The notes under the pieces are model-generated. The model did no database searches. It saw only the letters and a program-made list of their open reading frames with translations, and had not been told where the DNA came from. The translations under genes were made by a program, and so were the position numbers. Below are positions 23,663-35,200 of a DNA stretch of 64,000 bases, one piece after another. Position 1 is the first letter of the stretch. Each line of letters starts with the position of its first letter. Source of the stretch: Babesia bigemina (taxonomy: Eukaryota); contig NC_027217.1 in the NCBI RefSeq assembly GCF_000981445.1, positions 682,001 through 746,000 on the forward strand, given 5' to 3'.

Positions 23663-24888
23663 AATGCAGTTGTTTGCGGACGAGGTACATGAGAATGCAA
23701 CTTTTGGTGGAGCCATCCAGCGCGTACTGCCGCGGAGCGGCGCATTCGGAGGCTACCACGTGGCCCCTTGGGTTGGACAGCATCACGTCGAGCTTTGTGG
23801 CGCTCTCGATGAGTTCCTGAGACTGTTTGTGCGCCTTCCAAGCAACATACCCTAGGCTGCTTGCCGACAAGTAGCATCATGCCGCGGTGCCGCTTCAAAA
23901 TTTGCTGTGCGTTTTCGGATCCTATGGCGATTCCTCCGTCCGCGCAAACGCACATAAGCAGCCCATTTTCTTTCGCGAAATTGACTGCTTCGCGGGCGTC
24001 TCCCGTGATGTAGGGCATTGTGTCAAGGCAGTTCTGCGCACTAGTTTTTCTCTAGCAATTATATCACCTGTGAAGCTCTTATCGCCCGTGGGTCGAGGAA
24101 GTCATGCTCCCCATGCTGGAGTAACCAAACGGCCTGCCACTGGAGTGCGTGCGCAGTGCGCATCAGCGTAGCCGCTGTGTCTCGCTCAGCTGCGCGTGCG
24201 CTGGCACCTACACAGAGGACCAGTGTTGCATTGCCGAGATGCTGGGACGGCGGCGGATATGGGACCTCCGCCAGGAGTCCGTTATTGTACGAATGGACAG
24301 ATGCGATCTGGATATTCTGTGAGGTGGGGCTTGAATCTCACCTTGCGCAACAGCTTCTCGGAGCACGTCAACACTTTGTTCCCCCGTATTTGCGGCTCCA
24401 TCAGCAAGGGGTTGTCAAACGACGTGGTGTAGAGTCTGCTGCATGCTCCGTGACGCTCGCAGTACTCTCTTATGAGCTTGGGGCTGGAGAGCAGAACTAG
24501 CTTACGATACTTTCTACAAACTTTTGCCCGCAAATGTTTAACTTTACCTGTATGCGGCGCTGTGGGCCAGTTTGAGTAGGTGTATGGCGACTGGGTGGGC
24601 GGCGCTTCTGAGCACCCTTGGCTTCGGCGAGCTGTTGACCAGCCTAGTGAAATAGTCCCCTGCTGAGACGTGCGTAGAGCGTCCGGGCACTGGGCACTGC
24701 CGGCGTGCGGCTGTCTGTTGCAGTCTTGGCGTCACAGCAGTGGCGCGGGCGCCCGGCGACCTCTCTACGTAGCTGCTCCGCAGCTTCGCTCGGGCATGTC
24801 GCCCGGCGATTTCCACTGCATTTTTTTTTATATCATCGATAATGCGCTGTACCACGCTATGCGCGGCTTGCGAGGGAATATACGACAT
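23631..24888 (-). CDS. SpoU/TrmH-like RNA methyltransferase family protein (multi-exon, degenerate motifs)
   Basis: SAAHPVAIHLLKLAHSAAYR...LVLLSSPKLIRE N-domain; ATLMRTAHALQWQAVWLL...DFLDPRAIRASQ; spliced GKQPR|ELIESA to TAA at 23631. Confidence 0.7.
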
Positions 24889-24939
24889 TCGGGTAGTGAT
24901 AACGTTTTTCGCGTGAGGTTTGTGGCCATAGACAGGCAG

Positions 24940-26097
24940 TTATGTGACGCGGTTTCCCGCCGCCAAAGCGTCAAGCTGCATTAGTTCTGCACATCAATAA
25001 TGCCCAGTCTCAATATGGAAACGTACGTGGTAGGATGTGCAAAATTCTGTTGCGGTAGCCGGGGCCGAGCTTCGCCTGAATAGGGTTGCGCTCAAGGTAC
25101 AGGACCTTGAGGCACCGGAAGAGCTTCAGGGGTTCTATGTCACGCTCATCTTCTATGGCGTTGTCGTTCAGCTACGGGTGCTATGAACTAGGTCGTAAAG
25201 GCCTACCCAAAGCTCCACGACGCAGTCGTTTGGCTCCTCGATGTTGATTCGGGCAATGTGATTGTTTCCGAGGTCCAAAATCGTGAGTTTCCGCTGCAGG
25301 CAGATCGGTCAGATGTCTAGCAGCAGCACTTACCATGCGGTTGACCAGAGGCGGTATCTCAGATAGGCGGTTAAAGCTGAGGTACAGTTCCTGGAGCTCT
25401 GGGCAGCTGCTAGCGATTTCTGGCGCCCATTCGCATATGCGGTTGTTCTGCAAACTGCACGTGGTAAGGTTCGGCAACGGAGGTAATCGCATGTGCGTGA
25501 TTTTGTTGCGCCCTAGCCACAGCGCTTTTAGCCGTGGCAGCAGCCGAATCTCATCGTACTCGCGGATACAGTTCGATCCGAGCTCCAGCAGCTCCAGATC
25601 CGCTAAGCTACCAATATTTTCCACCTGCAATGTGCTTTTGGCGGCACTTCAGGACCTACCTTTGCGATTCGGTTACTGGTGAGATATAGCTCACGCAGGT
25701 TCGTTAGGCTGTTAACATTAGCGATTCTCTCGATACGGTTAAATGACAAATCCAGAACGCTGACAAAGCGTCACTGTGAGCACTTTTGAGCCTACCGAAG
25801 GTTCACAAGGTGGTCGATATTCTCAATAGCTGCGATGCTGTTCTGGTACAGGTCGAGTACCTCCAATTCCCGATTGGCTTCCAAATTCTCAATTTTTTCC
25901 ACTAAACTTGACACTATAGCGAGTTTCTAAAACCATGTGATGTCGCACAGTGCGTAACTTGCCTTCAGTCCGGTCAGGTCCGCGAGATTCTCTATGCGCC
26001 GTATTCGCGCACAGTGGAATTCGAGCTCGTCGCTGCCCTCCGGCGCGTCTAGGTCTATTCCAATTCGCTGGACCCTAATTCCAGCGTCTGTTGCCAT
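24940..26097 (-). CDS. SDS22: Protein phosphatase 1 regulatory subunit SDS22/PPP1R7 (LRR, multi-exon)
   Basis: SDS22-type LRRs (LELLELGSNCI, LWLGRNKI, LQELYLSFNRL), LRR cap LYLERNPIQ...YRNRI...QLDA. Confidence 0.88.
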
Positions 26098-26206
26098 TTT
26101 AAGGGTGAAACGGGAGCCATTTCAGTACTGACGGCTGCGACGCGCGAGCCCTATATGCCTCGCAACAGTGTTAACGTACTAGCACCGACGATATTTACAT
26201 CAAAGT

Positions 26207-27490
26207 TCAGCTGGCTATGTAGTTGTAATTCTTGTTCACCTGGTAGACATAGATGTTGCCATCGGTGGAACCGGCGAAAAGTGTCGTGCCGTCCGGGTTC
26301 CAGCAGAGCGATATGCACCAGGGAAGGCCGTACTTTTTGGGCTTTTCACTCGCGATTTCGGCGAGCACGTTCTTGTTCTCCAAGTTCCATATCTTGATCA
26401 CCTTGTCAGTGGCAACGCAGAGCCAGTAGTTGCAGGGTGAGAAGCAAAGCGCGTTGATGGGAGACCCGGCGTCCAACAGGTGCAGGCTGTTGCCCTCCTT
26501 CATGTCCCAAAGACGAGCGATACCGTCTTTGCCACCCGAGGCGCAAAGCGAACCGTCGGGGGAAATGGAGGTGCAGGCGACAGTGCCCTCGTGACCGGTC
26601 AGGCTGAATTTCAGGTTGCAGGTCGCAAGGTCCCACACCTGCAGGTTTGTGATTTAATGGCAACAATGCGGTCTCCTACCTTAACAATCTTGTCCCAACC
26701 GCCAGAGACGAAGACGTGCTCGTGCGGGTTGGGTGAGAAACGAACGCACGAGACCCAGTCGTTGTGGGCGCTGCTTACAGTGCGTTTGCACTCAGACACG
26801 GTGTTCCACAGCTTAATGGTTTTGTCGCGACTGCCAGAGATGATCTGCCTGTTGTCAGGGCTGAAGTCGACGCTGTAGACGTCGCTGGTGTGGCCGTTGA
26901 AGACACGCACGGTCTTCGCCTTGACCAAATCCCAGAGCCTCAGGGTGTTGTCTGCGGAGCTATGAGACCACAAAACACTGCAACGCACCCCAAGAACCGG
27001 AAAGGGCGAAAAGACCGTCAAAGGACATGGTGACATCCTGGATGGCCTGCGAGTGACCGGTAAGCGACTTCTTCGCTACACCGATTTCACCATCGACCTC
27101 GTCCTTGTATACTTCCCAGATCAAGATCTTTTTGTCTGCACGCAAATTAGAAGGATGCAGGTCGGACTTGAATATGCAGCGAAGTATGTCAGATGACCTC
27201 ACAAAGCTCATCAGCTGCGGATCGCGGCAGCCACAACTGCCAGCATATAGCATACATAGAGGCCCACTGTCAGAATGGTTTTGTGAACCACATGGGATTT
27301 TTCACAGCACAGGCTAGGCCTTAGAGTGAGCTGGGTCCCGTTTCATCACGTGGTGAAAGAACAGGAACATACCTCTAGAAGCGGACACAACGGTGTTTAC
27401 GTCGCTCCTGCTGGGACAGGAGATCGACGTGACCCAGCCGGTGTGTCCACCGGTGAGTACACCCTTGTATTCAAGAACGTTGTTGCTCAT
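26207..27490 (-). CDS. RACK1: Receptor for activated C kinase 1 (WD40, 4 exons)
   Basis: [70 protein letters not shown]. Intron 1 is 27136-27372. Confidence 0.97.
27157..27218 (-). ncRNA. Second candidate box C/D snoRNA in RACK1 intron 1
   Basis: cTGATGA (27208-27214), internal CTGA (27189-27192), terminal CCGA (27162-27165), GCAG/CTGC flanks. Target not established. Confidence 0.45.
27264..27353 (-). ncRNA. Intronic box C/D snoRNA, U29/snR71-like
   Basis: C box GTGATGA (27343-27349), D' CTAA, D box CTGA (27270-27273), CCAC/GTGG terminal stem. Guide ACCCAGCTCAC is antisense to the conserved LSU rRNA sequence GUGAGCUGGGU. Confidence 0.85.
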
Positions 27491-28452
27491 CTTCCGCTCA
27501 CAGGTGCAAGCCGGTCAAAGATCAGGTGCTATCTCACGTGGTTTACTTCTGCATGGTAATATATCCGGCACGTAAAAATGAATATTACACGAAAACCACA
27601 ACACTGGCGCGTGGTGTGCGAGCGTGTAAACACCAGGTGTCCATCTCCAACAGGTGCTCCGCGCCCACCTTACTACCACGGCCTCATAGTCATCCCAGGC
27701 GATCCCCCAGCAACTCAAGAGCTTATTATGCATAAACTTACCCGATATGCCCGTCCGGTAATTATTTGATTGCCCTCGGTGCCGGATTTGCCGATCGGGT
27801 ATAGGCTCCCGAGTCCGCGCCCCAGGCTACCGCGTCACGGTCATCCGCAGTGACGGCGGCCGATTTCCCTTCCACATCTTCCTCACAATTTTTTAAACAT
27901 CTACCGTAGGACTCCGTTTTTCTAAGCGCTTTACGCGGTGCTGTAGCGACTAAGTGGACTTACTGGCTTCCGACTGTAATTCTAACACCGGTTTAATGTG
28001 TTTCGTAGACGGTAGGACGCCGAAACGGGCGCAGCCACCTCCACGTTAGGCAGTGATTGCTTGAGTCTGAGAGTGGCTGACACATCAAAATGTCCGCCTC
28101 CCGCGGGCCGCGAGCACTCAGGACTCTTTCAGCGTGTATCTGAATGAGTAGTTTACGCTTGCACATGTCCTGTTGCGACGGCATCGCTCCCCCATTACTC
28201 TATTATACGTAACAATGTGACAGCGTTGCACGAATCGTGTATTCCGCATCTGCGAGGTTCGTTGCCTCCATCGGAGTGCACTTGGCAACTTTTAATCTCA
28301 CGATACAATGATATACCATACGGTGTCACCAAGTCGCTTCTATGGGTTAATATCAAATGAGTGAGACAGAAATGGCTTTTTGAGACCTCTGAGGTTTCGT
28401 ACAGTTCACCAAAGGCATGTTGCCGAGAGGCAATAATGTTGTATACAGGTTC

Positions 28453-31400
28453 TTACTTTTGCAACCGGTCGTATTTCCGGAGCGAAGCCATCGCTATCAG
28501 CATGATTGCATTATTAGACTCCAGGTCACTGGGACCAAACTCTTGAAGCAGCCGCCGCTGGCTGCGCAGAATTTCTTCGCTTCCGTTGAAATTTGGGAGG
28601 TATACCATGGCGTTGCCTAGTGACAAATGGCCATCTGGATGCATGCAGATAATTTCCAAAGTATGCCTGTCGACAACCAAGTTACGGCCCAACAATACCA
28701 TGAGGTCGGTGTCAGCCCATATGCGCTTTGCAGAGTCGAGCCTCGAGAATGCGGAAATGAGCAGCATTATGACAGCCATCACGTACGGTGAGTCCCCGGA
28801 ACCGCTATTGAATCTGTTTATGACATTTACTGTCGCCCTGCTGAGCTCATCGTGCTCGGTCGCGGCTGGTGTCGACCCGGTTGAACCTTCCGATGCCATC
28901 AATAGGTGTTTATTGTGATTGCGAACGTTCATACTGACCATCCTGGCTACAATGGAGTCAATGGTATCGTGCAACTCCGTGACGTCACTAGCCGCCCGTG
29001 TACCAGACAGAGATGTCTCCTCGTCGAGTATCGACAACCTGCCGAAAACTAGCACTTCCAGGGCCTCGAGCAGACGCCTATCAACGTTCCAGTTTGCGTT
29101 TTTGTCGGCACTGACTACTGCTTTGATCAGGCTATTCGCAACGTCGAAAGGCGGCACCCATTTTAGGAATTCTTCTCTGAATCGCCCACGCTTATTGAGA
29201 GCTTCTAATAATAGAATTTGCGTGTCATTCGCCGCTGCACCGGTACCTCCGGCAATGGCGCTAATGAAAAACGTTGGCACGAATGCGATAAATGTCATAA
29301 TAGGCATGCTGGAGTCACCCAACGTGTTTGCATTGGCCACCATCTCATTGAACTCCCTGAATGCCGTCACCACATCGGCACCATCACCACTGATAGCATT
29401 GCTTTCCCCCACGTGCTTGCATTGCTCGCCCAATCCGATTGACACATCATTGTTCGGACCGCATACTGAGGACAATGTGCTCCAAATATCTGCAATTGTC
29501 TCGTAACAACCAGATATCGTGAGTGCCGCGAAGAGGCCTGCCGCCCAAGTTGAGCTTTTGTCTTTATCACCGTTAGCGTCGTCGTTATTTTCGCTGGTCA
29601 CGCTTGTAGGTGATACGTGCTCAGCGCTGCCCCCACGCGTCTGATCACTGTACCCACCAATAACGCGCACAACGCGCAAAATAAAGCCTGACCATGATTC
29701 CAACATCGGTATGGGCTTTTGAACTATTATACCTTCGTCACCTGGGAAAGTAACGGTCCCAGAAGTGCGATCTTTGTGCATCAACGCTATTCGTTCAACA
29801 ATTATATTCATCATGAGCTTGAACTTCGGCTCTATATTCGCGCGAACGCTGTTGTATAGTGTTTCATCTTCGGTTTGCAAAACCTCCAACGCTTCCAGCA
29901 TGCAATTCGCGATATGCACGGGAACCACATACGAATCAACATCTTTGTTACCCTCACGTGCGACTACAATCGGCTGTTCGTTGCCTGCCATTATTTGCGT
30001 GCTCCACCATCTATATCCCAAGTTAAAGACGTCGTTTTTCACTAGTTGTTGGCAAAATTGCTCCGAAATCGCTGTAGCGTACCTTTCAATGGATTTAATA
30101 ACCACAGTGCTCCTGGTGACGTTTTCTAACTTCATACCAGACCCGTTCCGCTTACAGTGGCGCATGTATACGCTTTGTAACTGAAAAAGACTGGCGATGA
30201 GCAGACGTGCATCAATGCTGCTCTTTTCTTCGCCCATTTCACAGAGCGCAACCAGCAGATCATGGACACGGCCGACGTCCCATATGAAATTGACGTGTTT
30301 CCCCGCCTCACCTTCCAGGAGGGTTGCCATATGTATGAAGATGTGCATCAGGAGTACGCCATTGGCGCTGATGAAGGAGTTCAAGGTTGAACCGTCCATT
30401 TGAATAAGCCTGCACAGCGTCGACACCTCAAGCTCAATAACCGGGACAATCTCGTCGAGCGTGTCGTTATACTCGTTTTGTAAAGCCCAGACGGTGAGGC
30501 ATCTTACAGCCATCACTGCGGGCATGACCAGTTTCGTCGAGAAGGGCTTAACAGACGGCGGCGTATTCGCAGCGGCGTTGAACAGCTGTGATAACTGCGA
30601 GCCGTATGTGAACGTGAGTGTCTGCTTCACCAATGCTATGGCGCCAATGCGGTCCAGCAGTGTCGCGAAAGCCCTGTCGTCGAAAACCGATAACAGCCGC
30701 ATACAACACAACACAGCTGAAGTGAGATGTATCCGATCATTGCGTAATTCGGCATCAGCGCCGCTTTCTCCAATCACTTCCGACAGTTTTTTGTGCTGCT
30801 CAGTGCCGACGATCAGCGATGCTGTAAAAGACTCCAGCAGGTCGCAAAATGCCTCACACTTTACCAGTGCCTGCGCAAACGGCTCCCCCAGACGCATTAA
30901 CAGGCCGCAAACGAACGTGATAAAGCGTGATTTAAGGGCTAGGGAGACCTCGTGCTGAGAGACCACGTTGCAAAGCCTACCGATTACGCCGCGCACAATC
31001 AGGTAAACGGTGTCATCCATATTACTCTGTGTGTAGTAATCCGTTTCTTCAATACCCGTAGCCACTGCAAGCCTATGCTTGATGTCTTCTATCTCCAGAC
31101 TTATGAATTCACCATTTAAGGCATCAAGGTAAAACCCTATCATTCTGCTGTCACGCGTTTCCTCACCCATCGGCGTATCATCCGCTTGGTCTGCGAATCG
31201 CACCGACTTCACAGCAGCGCCTTTGCCGCCGCCATGGCGCGATTCTGCTTCATCTGTTGTTTCGGATAGACGCGACCTCATTGTGTCAGTGTCCTCCGGT
31301 CCACTGGTTGAGGTGTTGTTAGCGGACGATCCAGCTGTGGCCCGGTTGCCCCCCGCAGACTTTGCTCGCTCATACATAGCATACGCTGAGGACGCACCCT

Positions 31401-32702
31401 CGAATGTAGCCACAAATGGATTCCATCGGTGAAGGGCAACGCCCATATCCCTGATGTGAAGCCCAGCCAGCAATTCCTGCATGGGCCAAATGGTGTTGGA
31501 GCGTACCACCGAGCTATCCGCCGTTGGTGATGCTTGTTGAGTGCCAAAGCTTTCTGGATCCATATCTCCATATAGCATGATAGCGAGGCACCTCATCGCG
31601 CTTCCTAGCACTTCATATGTTCCCATGTGCTCCATCACTGCGTAACCCATCCTCCCGACCATGTTGGCATCGTGCGTTACGTACCTCAACCAACGCTCGC
31701 GAGGGAATCCAAAATACGGAGGGCTGGACACGTGTGCATTTCTAACAATGTTGCAGAGCGTGTGCGTAGCAATCTGTACTTGGGGCTTAAATGTGCTCTG
31801 CATGAGCTCCAGCAACTCCGGGATGGTGTACCCAGGCTGGTCGGGATTCTTCCCGTGGTTGTACAAGGAACTCTCGTGCCGATGTCTCTCGCCATCTTTA
31901 CGACCCGAAGCGCTCAATAAGTGGCCCTCAAAGTCGAACCGAAGTTGGTGTAGCCGCACATTGCCAGCGTCAATAGGTCCTCCACTTACATCCGGTTCCA
32001 CTGGATTAGTCCACTCCAGTTTGCGAAGCTCCTCTGCATCCACTTTGAAAGACACCGTCGACAACGCTTTAGGTGGCTCGTATGTGGACCCTTTTCCACC
32101 AGAAACTACTGGCGAGATGGCGTGCGGCGGTGAACATGCGGTACCCTCACCCCCTGCGGATTCGGTACTCCCATTGCGCTCTCTCATCCTGCAACACGTT
32201 TTGAAATTTGTTTGCAAATCACCCACTTTCGCAGCCTGCGCTGTATCAAGAAGTCGCACATGTCTTTCCCAAGCTTCTCGTATAGGAACTGCTGCTCCGC
32301 TTTGATTTCCTCCTCCGTCATGCTGGCAATATCAGGGAGCGCGGCGTCGTGGGCCGAACCCATGGCTCCGTATGCACGATTAATCTCGTCGATATGCCCT
32401 TGGATGTGATCATTTTGCCGAGGTTTATCGGTAGGGGCCCTTATGTCGCCGTGGGAGCTCCCAGCACGCGCCGCCTGTGGCTCCGCTTGAGTGAATTGCG
32501 ATCTAGATAAACTGTAACCCAACAACCGCCGATGAGTTGCCTTTGGGAACCATGTTGAACGCGCCTGAGCAGTGGAAGGCTTGGTTGGCGGTGCCGCTTG
32601 GCTAGGTTTCGCGTCCTCATCATCAGAGAAGTGCTCGATGATATCGAAGTCGTTGTCGCTATCGGCGCCACGGACTTCTGGATCGTACTCCCAGCCTTTC
32701 AT
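28453..32702 (-). CDS. RPAP1: RNA polymerase II-associated protein 1 (RPAP1/Rba50)-like
   Basis: RPAP1_N-like ASMTEEEIKAEQQFLYEKLG and RPAP1_C-like LRFDFEG...HGKNPDQPGYTIPELLELMQS...Q. One short intron near 32.2 kb. Confidence 0.85.
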
Positions 32703-33059
32703 GGTGTACTAGGTGCCAAATTTACTGGATGTGTAACCGCGTGTCGGAATCTGGGTAGCGGAGAGCCCCCGCGTTACCATGCACATTACCGACGTTGCCC
32801 ACTGACGAGCTGATAATCACTGAGACGACCGGTAGGTTGATTATTTTTTGCGCTCAGAACCGGAATATCATCAATTGGCAATCTAGCCGCTTGGATGCTT
32901 AATGCCGGCATAAATCCTACCGTGTTACTCCTAGGCTACGAAGCAGCAATAGACATGGGCAGCAAGCTGCCCATTGGTATATCAATCGCCAAACACGGCG
33001 CCGCACGTCTATGAAGGCGTCGATCGCAATCAAGGGAGGCTTCAATCACGCCACTTGAG

Positions 33060-35091
33060 ATGAGCCCATCGGCGTTCCTCACCCGTTGGCCGTTACGGCT
33101 TGATCGGCTATGTTCGTCTATTGGAGTGGCTAACAAAACCTGCAGTCAAAGAACGTTAGGCCGCATCGCATTTATTGGCTATAGTGCGGCCCCAGGCGTT
33201 TGCAATCACGCGTCCGTGCCTAATTCATGCTACTACTCTGGTAGCAGCTTTGTAACCCGAAGGCACTTATCTGGAGAGGCTCCGTCTGCCTCTAAGAGCA
33301 GCGACGCAGATGACTCTACAGCGGAAAACACGCTGTATGCGACACCGGGAAGCGCGGCTGTGTTCTCGGATATTGGTCGCATGGATTCCCTATCCCCGAG
33401 GCAGCTCCGAGTACTGCTGGAAGACGCGGTTACTGCACGCGTGAGCGACCCCAACTTCTGGGCAAAGGCATCGTCGTGCGCCATGTCAATAGCGTCACAA
33501 TTTAAGTTCTTCGACACCATCCGAGTTTTGGAGTGTTTTGCCGCCGCACGGCTGGACGACCGTGCACTGGTGCAGGAGTTGGTGCGCAATCTGACTCCTC
33601 AGGTCCATCGCATGGAGCCGCGGCACTACATTCAGACAATCGATGTATTCGGCCGCTTTGGAAGGTTTCCGGAACAGCTGTTCATGGAAGTGTTTTACGG
33701 TTTGATGCGCGACGCTGAGAAGTTGTACGGGTCGGAGTACGCCGAACTTTTCCTGTGCTTGAGCCGGTGGGAAATCCGCAATCCACAGTTGCTGTCTTCA
33801 CTCTGCCGAGCACTATGCACAAATATAAGCCTGTTAAGGTACCACGAGCTATGCCAAGTTGCAAGTTGCGCACGTACCTTGGAGGTGGCCGACACTGCCT
33901 TCTACATGGTCCTCGATGAATGGCAGCGCAAGGAGCTGCAAATGCTAACCATTCAGGAACTCTTGGATGCCGCCAAACGCCTGCGAACGCAAGAGATAAC
34001 GTGGGCGCCCTATGATGAAGCTCTACGAAAGGAGTTCGTGCGTGTAAGCGGGCGTGCAGAGGTCTGCTAATCTTGCGCAGCAAACAAAGGAAGTCAAGGA
34101 TGCTGCCTGTATCGACCAGTTAGCCGATCCCTTCGACTGTTTGAACTTTCTACGACTGACGGATAGCGTTTCAAAGGTGAGTGCCGCCCGTTCAGATTTG
34201 ATGAGTGAGCCGTGTATTCCGTTTTGGCTAATTGTTAGCACTGCGTTTGGTTCAACAGCGTTCAAAATGGCACAATACGCGGTTACTTGGGCTCCACAAA
34301 AATGCATATTCGCAGGTGCTTTATTTGGTTGTATACAGCGCCCATAGTGTTTTGTCGTGTTTCTTTAAACCTCACGTGCTAGAGTAATCCTGTGTTTAAA
34401 CTGTCAAATGCCGCTTAGGAATTTTTGCTGGCACTTACCAAATGGTGCGAGGACGCAGCCCATAGACCGCCTACCCGCTCACAAAAACGGCCGGAGAGTC
34501 ACGATCTGGTGCATCTTTACAACCTCGTGCGGTTAGTTTCCACCGATCGCGTCGTCAACATTTGTAGCGAGTACAACGTGGATTCCACCTACTTGGACAA
34601 GGCAATCCTGAAGTTCGTGACGTCCAAAGGTTTGATGATTGGCTTTTGGCAGTCGCCATTGCTCATGCAGGAGGCCTGCAGCTACGTACGCCCAAACCCA
34701 TCGCCACGCAATACAAACCGAATCGCAAATACGTGCATTTAGACGACCCAGCGGTATGTTTATGAACAGATAGGCACAATAACTTCGCTAGAACCCTGGA
34801 AAACGTCGTCCCTCCCTGCAACTTGCGGAAGGAGACCTAGAAAGTGTGGAGGCTGATGAGGCCCAGACGGCGTTAGAATTGAAGGCCGAATCCGAACACA
34901 TCAGCCAGATTCTGGACGATTTGGTGTGTTTGTGTTTGTTTATTCCGAATACGTGCCAGGAACCTTTGCCGCGCGGCATCGACTTCAAGAAGCCGAAGAA
35001 AGTTTCCACGCAAAGCTGCGGCAAGGCATCATTCCGGCTGAAGCCGAAAACCTTCCGCCACAAGAACGTTGCTGCAACGCAGCCACTTTAA
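33060..35091 (+). CDS. Hypothetical multi-exon alpha-helical repeat protein, possibly organellar RNA-binding
   Basis: 336-aa first ORF with an Arg/Ser-rich presequence-like N-terminus and Leu-rich helical segments; several downstream GT-AG exons to 35091. Confidence 0.55.
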
Positions 35092-35200
35092 ATTTATGTA
35101 GTATACTAATCGCATTTTTACCCATCTTCGTCAATTATTGGTGTGTTATTCTGAAGTCGTTGTTTTGGCTTGACGTGGATTCTGTCTTCTCCGACTCCAA

